Source: Clostridia bacterium (GTDB lineage: Bacteria > Bacillota > Sulfobacillia > SLMV01). From it: DNA of 53,852 nucleotides. The stretch covers positions 1 through 53,852 of the forward strand of contig PUNF01000189.1 of the NCBI GenBank assembly GCA_003552525.1. The letters are read 5' to 3'. The notes beneath the pieces are model-generated. The model was not told where the DNA came from and searched no databases. It saw only the letters and a program-made list of their open reading frames with translations. Below are positions 8,639 to 17,665 of this stretch, piece after piece. How positions within the stretch are numbered: position 1 is the first letter of the stretch; every line of letters begins with the position of its first letter. The position numbers and the translations under genes are program-made.

Positions 8639-10027
8639 CTATTGCCTGGACTTTTTGAACAACAGGAAGTCCTCGGGATCGACGACGCGAACGTTCAGGC
8701 CGGTCTCCCGCGCAGCCGGCTCACCCTTGGCCGTGGTGATGATGGTACCACCATCCCCGTACACGATTCCATGCGCCATCACGATGCGTCCACCCACGAT
8801 CGTCATCACGGGCACGCCCAGGTCCTCGTCGACCACGGTGATGTCGGCGTCCGCGCCCTCACCGAGATGACCCTTGGTCGCCAGCCCTAGCATGCGCGCA
8901 CCAGCTGTCGACGTCTTGAGAACGAATTCATCCAGGCTGAGGGCACCATAGCGCACGAGGGCCAGTCCATGTTCAACGGCCACGTTACGCGGGATCCCGC
9001 CACCATCGGTCGAGATGGCATCAACGACGAATTCTCCCGATGCGTCCTTTCGGGTGGCACACAGGAAGCTGGCCTCCGGCTTGTTCACCGGGAAACTCAT
9101 CGAGACATCGGTATCCCGATCCTCCCATACGGACACGCCACGGCTTCCAGTCACCAGGACGGTATAACCACCCTCCTCGATCTGGACCTGTCCGTATCCA
9201 TCGGCAATCGCCGCGCGCAGACCCGCGCGATCCGGTGCGTAGCCGGCCATCTTGAGGCAATTACGGGTGACATGGCTCGTGGGAGCACCGTCGTCACCAA
9301 TCTTACCCCCGGTCCCATTAATGATGGAGAGATAAGACTCCGAGACCAGGTTCCTCTTTCCTTCGAGTGCACCCAGTCCCTCCAAGGCCTCCCGGACGGG
9401 ATCATCGGTAATTCCCCTGAGGTAACTGTTCACGTGCGCAACGTGTAGACAATTCGAACCCGCGAGGGCGACGGCTTCCAGTAACCCGCGCAGGTGACTG
9501 CCCGTTTCCGTGCTCCCGACGTGGAAGGCAACGTATGCGTGAACTTCATTGGCCAGGGCGATGAATTTCTCCGTCGCGGCGGGGCTGGATGGATTGTGGC
9601 CACCGATCAACTTGATACCTATCGATCCCTCGGTTAACGCCTTTTCGATCAGGCGCAATCCCTCTTCCCGGCCTGGTGGTGCATCGGGATATGCCGGCAT
9701 AGTTCTGAGGGCGGCGATATTGAGTCCCGCACCACTTGAGGGCATGGCGGTCAGCACGTCCCCGCCATCGGCCATATCCAGTGCCGTACATATCCCGGCG
9801 CGGGCCATCATGCGATGGGCTGGACCCCGGATATGTACGTGGGTATCAATGACTCCGGGAAGGGCCGTCAATCCCTCGAGATCTACAACCTGGGCGGCCT
9901 CTGCGGCGGGGAGGTCTTCCCCGATTTCAACCACTTTTCCGCCGGAGACACCGATGTCGACGATATCATCCCTGGCGTGCGTGGGGTCGACGATGCGGCC
10001 CCAACGAAAAAGGACGTCATATTTCAC
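8639..10027 (-). CDS. Amidohydrolase-superfamily metallohydrolase (specific substrate not assignable)
   Basis: N-terminus KYDVLFRWGRIVDP..GKVVEIGEDL..LPGVIDTHVHI carries the HxH metal motif. GTG 10027 is preceded by GGGGGAAGGAAG; the alternative ATG 10075 would place a 17-bp palindrome inside the coding sequence. Confidence 0.68.
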   Translation of the reverse strand: MKYDVLFRWGRIVDPTHARDDIVDIGVSGGKVVEIGEDLPAAEAAQVVDLEGLTALPGVIDTHVHIRGPAHRMMARAGICTALDMADGGDVLTAMPSSGAGLNIAALRTMPAYPDAPPGREEGLRLIEKALTEGSIGIKLIGGHNPSSPAATEKFIALANEVHAYVAFHVGSTETGSHLRGLLEAVALAGSNCLHVAHVNSYLRGITDDPVREALEGLGALEGKRNLVSESYLSIINGTGGKIGDDGAPTSHVTRNCLKMAGYAPDRAGLRAAIADGYGQVQIEEGGYTVLVTGSRGVSVWEDRDTDVSMSFPVNKPEASFLCATRKDASGEFVVDAISTDGGGIPRNVAVEHGLALVRYGALSLDEFVLKTSTAGARMLGLATKGHLGEGADADITVVDEDLGVPVMTIVGGRIVMAHGIVYGDGGTIITTAKGEPAARETGLNVRVVDPEDFLLFKKSRQ

Positions 10028-10117
10028 TTCGCCACTTCCTTCCCCCTGCCGGCCACAGTGGCCGGACATCGGCATTCTCCTTCTCTTCCCCGTATCGCCG
10101 CGCTTTCCTGCACTTTC

Positions 10118-10948
10118 TTATCCCGCGAGGCTGCGGAAAATGTACACGATCATCCCGATTCCCCACAGGTATACCCCAAAGTGAAAAAGCGATCCCAGCC
10201 GCACCTTGGCTTGCACCCAACCGATGGCGGCATATCCCAGTAACGCCGCCACCATGATGCCGGCGACGATGGCCGTGGCTTGGGGGCCGCCGCGGAATAC
10301 CGAGGCGGCGTAAATCCCGCTCGAAACGCAGTCTACGAATATCATCGGCAAAAGCAGGATGAAAGCATAACGGACCGCCTCCGCGTGGGTGAGGCCCACG
10401 AACATGCCGACCACGAGCAGGAGACCCACCCGAGAGAGCCCCGGGATCGTGCCGAGCCCCCCCAGCAGCCCGAGCAAGATGGCGGCACCAATCGAGATGA
10501 AGCGGCGTCCGGGGCGAGGCCAGCGCGACGCCCATAACACTCCCCCCATCGCAACCAGGGTCCAAGATAACGTGTCGGGCCGACCATCAAACATCGGTGT
10601 TCGGGTCGCAACCAGCTGCGCGGCACCCAGGCCCACAAACGCTGCGATCACGAGCGTGAGGGCGCGGTGGAACGGGGGGTAGATCATGAGGCGTTTGCGC
10701 GCGTGGTCGCCGCGGACGATGACCCACAACCCCCGAAGTAGTGCCTCGAGGGATCGCCATATCTCCCGTCCGAAGCGCGCGATAATGGCCAGCATGATCC
10801 CGGCGGACGCGGCCGCCTGCAAATACCCCGGGCCCAATGCCGGTTCGACGGCGCGTCCGATCACGGCCATGTGGCCACCCCCGCTCACGGGAAGCAAGGT
10901 GGCGATACTCCAAAGAGCGGCAAGCAACACCAGTTGCAAGACCTCCAC
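10118..10948 (-). CDS. uppP: Undecaprenyl-diphosphatase (UppP/BacA)-like membrane protein, divergent motifs
   Basis: An 8-TM-like protein with LLPVSGGGHM (canonical E.LPvSSSGH) and TIPGLSRVG (canonical PGxSRSG). Length 276 aa is typical for UppP. Confidence 0.62.
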   Translation of the reverse strand: MEVLQLVLLAALWSIATLLPVSGGGHMAVIGRAVEPALGPGYLQAAASAGIMLAIIARFGREIWRSLEALLRGLWVIVRGDHARKRLMIYPPFHRALTLVIAAFVGLGAAQLVATRTPMFDGRPDTLSWTLVAMGGVLWASRWPRPGRRFISIGAAILLGLLGGLGTIPGLSRVGLLLVVGMFVGLTHAEAVRYAFILLLPMIFVDCVSSGIYAASVFRGGPQATAIVAGIMVAALLGYAAIGWVQAKVRLGSLFHFGVYLWGIGMIVYIFRSLAG

Positions 10949-11012
10949 GCGCTCTCACCCCGGTGCGACCGCAACACGGGTGCCGTCTTTCGACCCGGTC
11001 ACGAAATCGCGT

Positions 11013-12728
11013 CTAGTGTTTGCCGCCCTCGCCATCGTCATCGGGCACCTCGAGGATGACGGGTACGATGATCGGGCGGCGGTGCAACCGTTCGTAGATG
11101 AAACTCGAGAGACTGTTTCGCAGATTGCGCTTGGCCTGCTTCACATCCTTGATGAGACCGTCGTTTCGCCGGAGCCAATTACAGACCGCCCCGCGCACCT
11201 CGTCGAGTAGTTCCTCGGATTCCTTGACATAGACGAATCCCCGGGTAATGACCTCCGGTCCGGAGATCACCTTGCGCGTATCGCGGTCCACCACGCAGAC
11301 GACGGAAACCACGCCGTGCTGGGACAATTGCTCCCGATCGCGCAGTACCATGCGGCCGACATCCCCAACACCAAGTCCATCCACCAGCATCTCCTTAGAC
11401 CCCACCGGGCCGGAGATGTTCACCCCACCGGGCGAGAACTCGACCATGTCGCCGTTTTCCACCATGAGGATCTTGTCGTCTTCGTAGTGCAACGCGCGAG
11501 CCAGTTCCGCGTATGCCATCATGTGGCGATACTCCCCGTGCACGGGTATCGTGTATTCCGGCCGGGTCAGGTTAAGCATCATCTTGATTTCTTCGCGGCT
11601 GGCGTGCCCGGAGACGTGTACCCCGGACTGTGCGCCGTAGATGACCTTGGCGCCGAGTCGAGATAGGTTGTCTACGGTGCGAAACACGAGCTTCTCATTT
11701 CCGGGAACGGGATTCGCCGCGATGACGACCGTATCCCCGTGGCGGATCTTGATCCTGCGATCATCCCCCCGTGACATCCTTGTAAGCGCGCTCATGGGCT
11801 CACCCTGCGTCCCGGTCGTGATGATGGCAATGTCCTCGTCCGGAATGCTCCGTGTCGCCTCGACATCGACCAGGACGCCCTCGGGGGCCGACAGATAACC
11901 CATGTCGAGCGCCACCTCGACGCTGTTCTCCATGCTACGGCCCATCACGGCCACGCGCCGCCCGAAGCGCTGGGCGACCTCGATTACCTGCTGCAACCGC
12001 GGGATATTTGATGCGAAGGTGGCAACCATGATTCGGCCCTGTGCATCGCGAAAGATTTCCTCGAGGCGCTGTCCCACGAGGCGTTCGCTCCCGGTGAAAC
12101 CCTCCACCTCTGCATTTGTACTATCACAGATGAGGCATCGCACGCCGCGATCTCCGACGGAGGCCAGGGTGAAGTAGTCGGTGACCTCTCCATCGGCGGG
12201 CGTTTGGTCGAACTTGAAGTCACCGGAGTGGACCATGAGCCCCGCCGGCGTTTCGATCGCGAGTCCCATGGCATCGGCAATACTGTGACTGACGCGGAAG
12301 AACTCCACGGTGAAATCCTCGGTTTCGATGCGGTCACGCGGTACCACCTTCCGCGACCCCGCGGGGAGACGTAAACCGGCTTCCTCCAGCTTGCGCCGTA
12401 CCAGTCCCAAGGCCAGCCCAGGACCGTATACGGGCACCGTGATTTCCTTGAGCAAAAAGGGCAGTGAGCCGATATGGTCCTCGTGTCCATGCGTGAGGAA
12501 GATACCAGTAACCTTCTCGCGAATCTCCAGCAGGTAGGTGAAATCGGGAATGACGATATCGACGCCCAGCATCTCCTCCTCGGGAAACGCGAGGCCAACA
12601 TCGACGACGATCGCCTCATTTTCGGATTCCCACACCAACAGTGTCTTGCCGATTTCCGCCATCCCCCCCAGGGGAATCAGACGGACATGCCCATCCGCAT
12701 TATTTGCACTCCTATTCACAAGATCCAC
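11013..12728 (-). CDS. rnj: Ribonuclease J
   Basis: IPLGGMAEIGK, the metallo-beta-lactamase motif HGHEDHIG, a beta-CASP region and VSGHASREE; 571 aa. GTG start at 12728; GTG 12719 is also possible. Confidence 0.93.
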   Translation of the reverse strand: MDLVNRSANNADGHVRLIPLGGMAEIGKTLLVWESENEAIVVDVGLAFPEEEMLGVDIVIPDFTYLLEIREKVTGIFLTHGHEDHIGSLPFLLKEITVPVYGPGLALGLVRRKLEEAGLRLPAGSRKVVPRDRIETEDFTVEFFRVSHSIADAMGLAIETPAGLMVHSGDFKFDQTPADGEVTDYFTLASVGDRGVRCLICDSTNAEVEGFTGSERLVGQRLEEIFRDAQGRIMVATFASNIPRLQQVIEVAQRFGRRVAVMGRSMENSVEVALDMGYLSAPEGVLVDVEATRSIPDEDIAIITTGTQGEPMSALTRMSRGDDRRIKIRHGDTVVIAANPVPGNEKLVFRTVDNLSRLGAKVIYGAQSGVHVSGHASREEIKMMLNLTRPEYTIPVHGEYRHMMAYAELARALHYEDDKILMVENGDMVEFSPGGVNISGPVGSKEMLVDGLGVGDVGRMVLRDREQLSQHGVVSVVCVVDRDTRKVISGPEVITRGFVYVKESEELLDEVRGAVCNWLRRNDGLIKDVKQAKRNLRNSLSSFIYERLHRRPIIVPVILEVPDDDGEGGKH

Positions 12729-12873
12729 CTCTCACGACGGCTTTACGCCGTCATATATAGAATTCGCTCTCAACCCGGGAGAGCGTTACGTTCATCACAA
12801 AAACCACGCCACTCGGACACGTTTCTGCTCCTGCGTTGCAACGGCCGCAAAGGCTCGGCCACGATTAAGTACC

Positions 12874-12902
12874 ATTATAATCCGAGCGGGATGGACCGGG
12901 AA
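12874..12902 (-). promoter_or_regulatory. Putative sigma-70-type promoter for rnj
   Basis: On the minus strand: TTCCCG (12902..12897), 17 nt, TATAAT (12879..12874). This would give an rnj leader of about 140 nt containing several hairpins. Confidence 0.4.
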
Positions 12903-13017
12903 AGTTCCATGACCAGCAACCGCAATCGGACCACGTCCGAGCGCGCTCGCAGGATGCAACGTACCACATCAACCCCGGGATTCCCATGGGGTCGGGCACG
13001 CTCCATCGCATTACCCC

Positions 13018-13046
13018 AAGAAAAACCCGCCGACGGTGCGGCGGGT
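13018..13046 (-). terminator. Rho-independent terminator after pnp
   Basis: Minus strand: ACCCGCCG-caccgt-CGGCGGGT followed by TTTTTCTT, about 85 nt downstream of the pnp stop. Confidence 0.65.
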
Positions 13047-13132
13047 TACTTTCGGTAGGCGACCCCGGCAGATGCCGAATCTTCTGGCCGGACCCTGCAC
13101 GGGTTCGCTATCTCGCCCCGATTCGCATCAAA

Positions 13133-15355
13133 TCAGCGGCGACGACGATCGTTGCGTCCCCTACCTCGTGACTCTTCGCGACGCTTCGCACGTTCCTGCT
13201 TCTGCTCGGGCGTCAACTCCGTCCTGGGCTGGCGATTCTCCTTCTCCTCGACGGCTTCTCGGCCCATTTCCTTGATGCAGGCTTCGCGGGAAAGATTGAG
13301 GCGATCCATTTTGTCGACCTCAACCAACTTGACCATAATTTCGTCACCGACGGTCACGACATCCTCGGGAGCATCCACGTATTCGGTGTCCAACTTGGAG
13401 ACGTGGACCAGTCCATCCTGGTTGGGCAGGATCTCGACGAAAGCCCCCAGGTTCTCCACGATGCGCTTGACCGTACCCCGGTAGACCTTCCCGACTTCCA
13501 CATCTTCGGTAAGCCCGCGGATCTTCTCGAGGGCACCCTCGATGCCCTCGGCATCGTCCGAGGCCACGTACACCGTACCGTCGTCCTCGATGTCGACCTG
13601 CACGCCGAAATCTTCGACGATGCTGTTGATCATCTTCCCGCCGGGACCAATCACGTAACGGATCTTCTCCGGGTTGATCTTCAAGGTCACGATGCGTGGT
13701 GCGTAGCGCGACATCTCCCGTCGCGGCTCGGCGATGACCTCTATCATCTTGTCGAGGATATGCAATCGCCCGGTCTTCGCCTGCGCCAGGGCTTCCTCGA
13801 GAATGGACCGATCGACCCCGCGGATTTTTATGTCCATCTGCAGGGCGGTAATCCCATGTCGGGTACCGGCAACCTTGAAGTCCATGTCCCCGAGGTGGTC
13901 CTCGATGCCCTGGATATCGGACAGTACCGCGTACTTCTCACCCTCCTTGATAAGTCCCATCGCGATGCCCGCCACGGGCGAGCGAATGTCTACTCCCGCA
14001 TCCATGAGAGCCAGGGTGCTCGCACAAACACTCGCCATGGAGGTCGACCCATTCGATGCGAGGGCCTCCGAGACGAGGCGTAGCGTATAGGGGAATGCGT
14101 CCTCGGGCGGGATGACGGGTCGAAGTGCGCGCTCGGCGAGCGCGCCGTGCCCGATCTCTCGCCGGCTCGGCATCCGCATGAAGCGCGACTCCCCGGTGCT
14201 ATACGGCGGGAAATTGTAGTGGTGTAGATAACGCTTATGCTCCTCGGTATGACCGATACTATCGATCATCTGGCGGTCGCCCACAGTGCCGAGGGCGAGT
14301 ACCGTCAGGACCTGCGTCTCACCACGGTTGAACAGCCCACTTCCGTGCACACGCGGCAGGAAGCCGACCTCGCAGCTTATGTCGCGAATCTCGTCGGGCC
14401 TACGGCCGTCGGGACGCTGCCCGCGATCGACAACGGCACGACGCATCTCCTCTTTCTCGATCTGGCGCAGCACCTGGTCGATGGCCCATACCTCGTCCGC
14501 GAACTCCTCGTCGAGATCCTCGTGTACCTCGGAGAAGATATCGGCGCGCAATGACTCGCGGTCCTCCTTGTCCTCGGCGAAGAGGAAGTCGCGAACCCGG
14601 GAGCCCACGGTGCGGCGAACCGAGGCTTCAACCTCAGCGGAAATCGACTTAAGGAAGGGGTCTCCCGCATCCTCTGCGAGATCCTGGACGATCTCATTTT
14701 GCAGTGCATTGATCCGTTGAATCTCCCGGTGGGCCATCTCGATACCCTCGATAACGTCCGACTCGTCGACCTCGTCCGCACCGGCTTCTACCATGACGAC
14801 GGCATCCTCGGTCCCCGCCACGACCAGGTCGAGCTTGCTGTTTTCGAACTGCTCACGGTTGGGGTTGAGTACCAGTTCGCCATCTGTCAGGCCGATCCGC
14901 ACGGCAGCCACCGGGTCGTTAAGCGGTATCCAGGACGTATTCAGTGCCATCGAGGCCGCGGTAATACCCAGGACCTCGGGGGGACAATCGGGATCGTACG
15001 ACAACACGGTGATGACGACCTGGACATCGTTGCGATATCCATCGGGAAACAGTGGTCGGAATGGGCGATCGATAAGGCGACAGGCCAGGGTTGCCTGATC
15101 CGTTGGCTTCCCCTCGCGCCGGAAGAAGCTACCGGGAATGCGGCCTACCGCATATTGGCGCTCTTCGTAGTCTACGCGGAAGGGAAGAAAGTCGAGGTCC
15201 TCGCGGGGCTGATCAGTGGCGGCGGCCGTGGCGAGAATTACCGTATCCCCCCACTGGGCGCAGACCGAGCCCGCGGCTAGCTGGGCCAACCGACCAAACT
15301 CAAAGTGCATGGACTTCCCTTCGGTCTCAAGGGTGTAGGTTTTTCGTTCGTGCAA
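13133..15355 (-). CDS. pnp: Polyribonucleotide nucleotidyltransferase (PNPase)
   Basis: 740 aa with two RNase PH domains, KH and S1 (GKVYRGTVKRIVENLGAFVEI), and a basic tail. TTG start at 15355 with GGAGGA 6 nt upstream. Confidence 0.97.
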   Translation of the reverse strand: MHERKTYTLETEGKSMHFEFGRLAQLAAGSVCAQWGDTVILATAAATDQPREDLDFLPFRVDYEERQYAVGRIPGSFFRREGKPTDQATLACRLIDRPFRPLFPDGYRNDVQVVITVLSYDPDCPPEVLGITAASMALNTSWIPLNDPVAAVRIGLTDGELVLNPNREQFENSKLDLVVAGTEDAVVMVEAGADEVDESDVIEGIEMAHREIQRINALQNEIVQDLAEDAGDPFLKSISAEVEASVRRTVGSRVRDFLFAEDKEDRESLRADIFSEVHEDLDEEFADEVWAIDQVLRQIEKEEMRRAVVDRGQRPDGRRPDEIRDISCEVGFLPRVHGSGLFNRGETQVLTVLALGTVGDRQMIDSIGHTEEHKRYLHHYNFPPYSTGESRFMRMPSRREIGHGALAERALRPVIPPEDAFPYTLRLVSEALASNGSTSMASVCASTLALMDAGVDIRSPVAGIAMGLIKEGEKYAVLSDIQGIEDHLGDMDFKVAGTRHGITALQMDIKIRGVDRSILEEALAQAKTGRLHILDKMIEVIAEPRREMSRYAPRIVTLKINPEKIRYVIGPGGKMINSIVEDFGVQVDIEDDGTVYVASDDAEGIEGALEKIRGLTEDVEVGKVYRGTVKRIVENLGAFVEILPNQDGLVHVSKLDTEYVDAPEDVVTVGDEIMVKLVEVDKMDRLNLSREACIKEMGREAVEEKENRQPRTELTPEQKQERAKRREESRGRGRNDRRRR

Positions 15356-15400
15356 GGTGAATCCTCCAATTCGAAATCTATACGTGGCCGGCGACTGCGA

Positions 15401-15670
15401 TTATCGGCGCAGTCCGAGTCGACCGATGACATCGTAATACCTGGATGCGTCCTTTTTGCGCAGGTAGTCCAGCAGACTCCGCCTCTGGCCGACCATCTTC
15501 AATAGGCCACGGCGGGAATGGTGGTCCTTGGGATGCGCACGTAGGTGTTCGGTGAGTTGCTTGATTCGCATGGTGAGGATGGCGACTTGGACCTCCGGAG
15601 AGCCGGTGTCTCCCTCGTGCTGCTTGAACGCTTCGATGACCTGCTGCTTGGTATCCATCTCTTGAGACAT
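15401..15670 (-). CDS. rpsO: 30S ribosomal protein S15
   Basis: 89 aa: [59 protein letters not shown] upstream. Confidence 0.97.
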   Translation of the reverse strand: MSQEMDTKQQVIEAFKQHEGDTGSPEVQVAILTMRIKQLTEHLRAHPKDHHSRRGLLKMVGQRRSLLDYLRKKDASRYYDVIGRLGLRR

Positions 15671-15782
15671 GCTCTTACAACCTCCTGTGTTTGATTGATC
15701 CCCGACAACCGAGTCTACCGCTGGAGGGAACGCGCATAGCCCGGTCGCGGTTCTTCCCGAGTACCTTCTCTATCAGCAAATT

Positions 15783-16766
15783 TTAGCACAAGCGTGAACG
15801 AGAGCGCAAATTACCGGGATGCGTGGTGTTTCCCCGCGCGAGGGCACGCTCAATGTCCCCCTCGATCGCCCTTACGAGTTGATCGGGGTTTTCGAAACGT
15901 GTTAGATCGCGAATCCTCTCGCGCAGGCCCACGGCGAGTTGCTGGCCGTAGAGGTCGGCTGAGTGACTCGGAACGTGGACCTCCACAGCCCGGGCACCTC
16001 CTTCACCAGGGCCAAATGTTGGGCTGCTCCCAATGCTCGCGACCCCCCGGAGCACCCCGCTCAGCCCCTCCCCGGCAACATCGACGGCGTAAACGCCCGA
16101 TGGCGGGTGTAATAAGTGCGGGTGCGTACGTACGTTGGCGGTGGGGATCCCGATTTCGGTACCACGTCCATCACCGGGGATGACCACTCCATCGAGCACA
16201 TGGGGACGCCCGAGCATTCGTTCGGCACCCGGGAGGTCACCCTTGCCGATACGCTCGCGAATGTTGGTACTCGACACCATGGCACCATCAAAATGAACGG
16301 GCGGCAGCACGTGGACGGAAAATCCCGCCCTGCTCCCCATCCCTTCCAAGGTGCGGGGATTGCCGCCTCCCCGGTGCCCGTAGGTAAAATTGTAACCGAT
16401 GCATATCTCCGTGACGGCCATCCCTTCAACCAGGATATCCCGCACGAACTGCTCGGGTGACATTTTTGCGAGTGTGCCGCCAAAATGGAGGGTTACCAGG
16501 TGGTCAACTCCAGCCTCTGCGAGATGCAGTGCCCTGCGTGCGGGCGTGGTAAGCATGGAGGATTCGTGTCGAAGACCGAGCGTGACCCCGGGCAGGGGCC
16601 AGAACGTCAACCCGACGACGTCCGCGCCGAGGAGGTCGGCCCGTTCGCGGGCAAGGTCAACCAATCGCCTGTGGGCGACGTGGACACCATCGAATCCCCC
16701 CAGCGCGACGACAATGGGACGATCCCGGCGTCTTCGCGCATACTGCGGATAGCCGAATATCCTCAA
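15783..16766 (-). CDS. ribF: Bifunctional riboflavin kinase / FMN adenylyltransferase
   Basis: VALGGFDGVHVAHRRL (FAD synthetase N-domain) and a C-terminal riboflavin kinase domain (GRGTEIGIPTAN..PTFG). TTG start overlaps the truB TGA (TTGA). Confidence 0.93.
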   Translation of the reverse strand: MRIFGYPQYARRRRDRPIVVALGGFDGVHVAHRRLVDLARERADLLGADVVGLTFWPLPGVTLGLRHESSMLTTPARRALHLAEAGVDHLVTLHFGGTLAKMSPEQFVRDILVEGMAVTEICIGYNFTYGHRGGGNPRTLEGMGSRAGFSVHVLPPVHFDGAMVSSTNIRERIGKGDLPGAERMLGRPHVLDGVVIPGDGRGTEIGIPTANVRTHPHLLHPPSGVYAVDVAGEGLSGVLRGVASIGSSPTFGPGEGGARAVEVHVPSHSADLYGQQLAVGLRERIRDLTRFENPDQLVRAIEGDIERALARGNTTHPGNLRSRSRLC

Positions 16767-17665
16767 GGCGCGTCACTCCCCGGGTCCCCAGGGCGCATCA
16801 GCACGCGCAAAAGCCTCGGGCGCGCGGTAAGCGATCCTTCGGCGACGGCGACAAGCTGCCCCGAGGGATCAAGCAAGCGAACCCGGCCACCAGAGGGAAT
16901 CTCGATGGTATCGGGTAGGCCACCGTGCACCACGTTGCGCACATCAGCGGGTTGCAAACGTACCGCCGGGAGAAAGGCCAATGCTTCCGACGGCGGCAAA
17001 AGGCGCGGTGGGTTTTCGTCATTGATCAGCTGCGCATCGGAGGCACAGAAGGGCCCCACGGAGGAGCGGACGAGAAACGACATGTGTCCCCTACTCCCGA
17101 GGGATCGGGCAATATCGGTAACGAGGGTACGGATGTAAGTGCCCGAGGAACACCGGATGCGAAGCAGTGCCCGCGGAAGTGGATCGGGGCGCCAATCCAA
17201 CAACTCCAAACGATACACCGACACCGTGCGCGAGCGGCGGGATACCTCTTCACCACGTCGCGCCAGCCGGTGCAATGGCTGTCCCCGGTGCTTGATGGCG
17301 GACGTCATAGGCGGGACCTGTTCGATTTCCCCTTCGAACCGCGGCAGCACCCTGGTAAGCGAGCGCACACCACTCGGAAGTCGATCCGTGGCCTCGACTA
17401 CGCGCCCGAAGGCATCGCCAGAATCCGTTTCGACGCCGAAGGCGAGTTCTGCCACGTACACTTTATCGAGTGCCATCAGGAAATCCTGTAGCCGCGTGCA
17501 ACGACCCATCAAAACCAGCAGCACCCCACCGGCGGCTGGATCCAGGGTGCCGGCATGTCCCGCCTTTTTCTCCCTGGCCGCGCGGCGCACTGCCTCTGCT
17601 GTCTCGCGGGAGCTCGGGCCCGGTAACTTGAAGGCGTTGACCAGGCCGCCCACTGAATCCTTCAC
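16763..17665 (-). CDS. truB: tRNA pseudouridine(55) synthase TruB
   Basis: KLPGPSSRE..GHAGTLDPAAGGVLLVLMG contains the catalytic Asp motif. GTG 17665 forms a GTGA overlap with the nrnA stop; the track ORF extends to 17743. Confidence 0.92.
   Translation of the reverse strand: MKDSVGGLVNAFKLPGPSSRETAEAVRRAAREKKAGHAGTLDPAAGGVLLVLMGRCTRLQDFLMALDKVYVAELAFGVETDSGDAFGRVVEATDRLPSGVRSLTRVLPRFEGEIEQVPPMTSAIKHRGQPLHRLARRGEEVSRRSRTVSVYRLELLDWRPDPLPRALLRIRCSSGTYIRTLVTDIARSLGSRGHMSFLVRSSVGPFCASDAQLINDENPPRLLPPSEALAFLPAVRLQPADVRNVVHGGLPDTIEIPSGGRVRLLDPSGQLVAVAEGSLTARPRLLRVLMRPGDPGSDAP

Noticed and set aside
12870-13013. 48-codon minus-strand ORF between the pnp terminator and the rnj promoter
   Set aside because: It has no convincing SD and a Trp/Cys/Arg-rich product. 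It more likely represents non-coding spacer.
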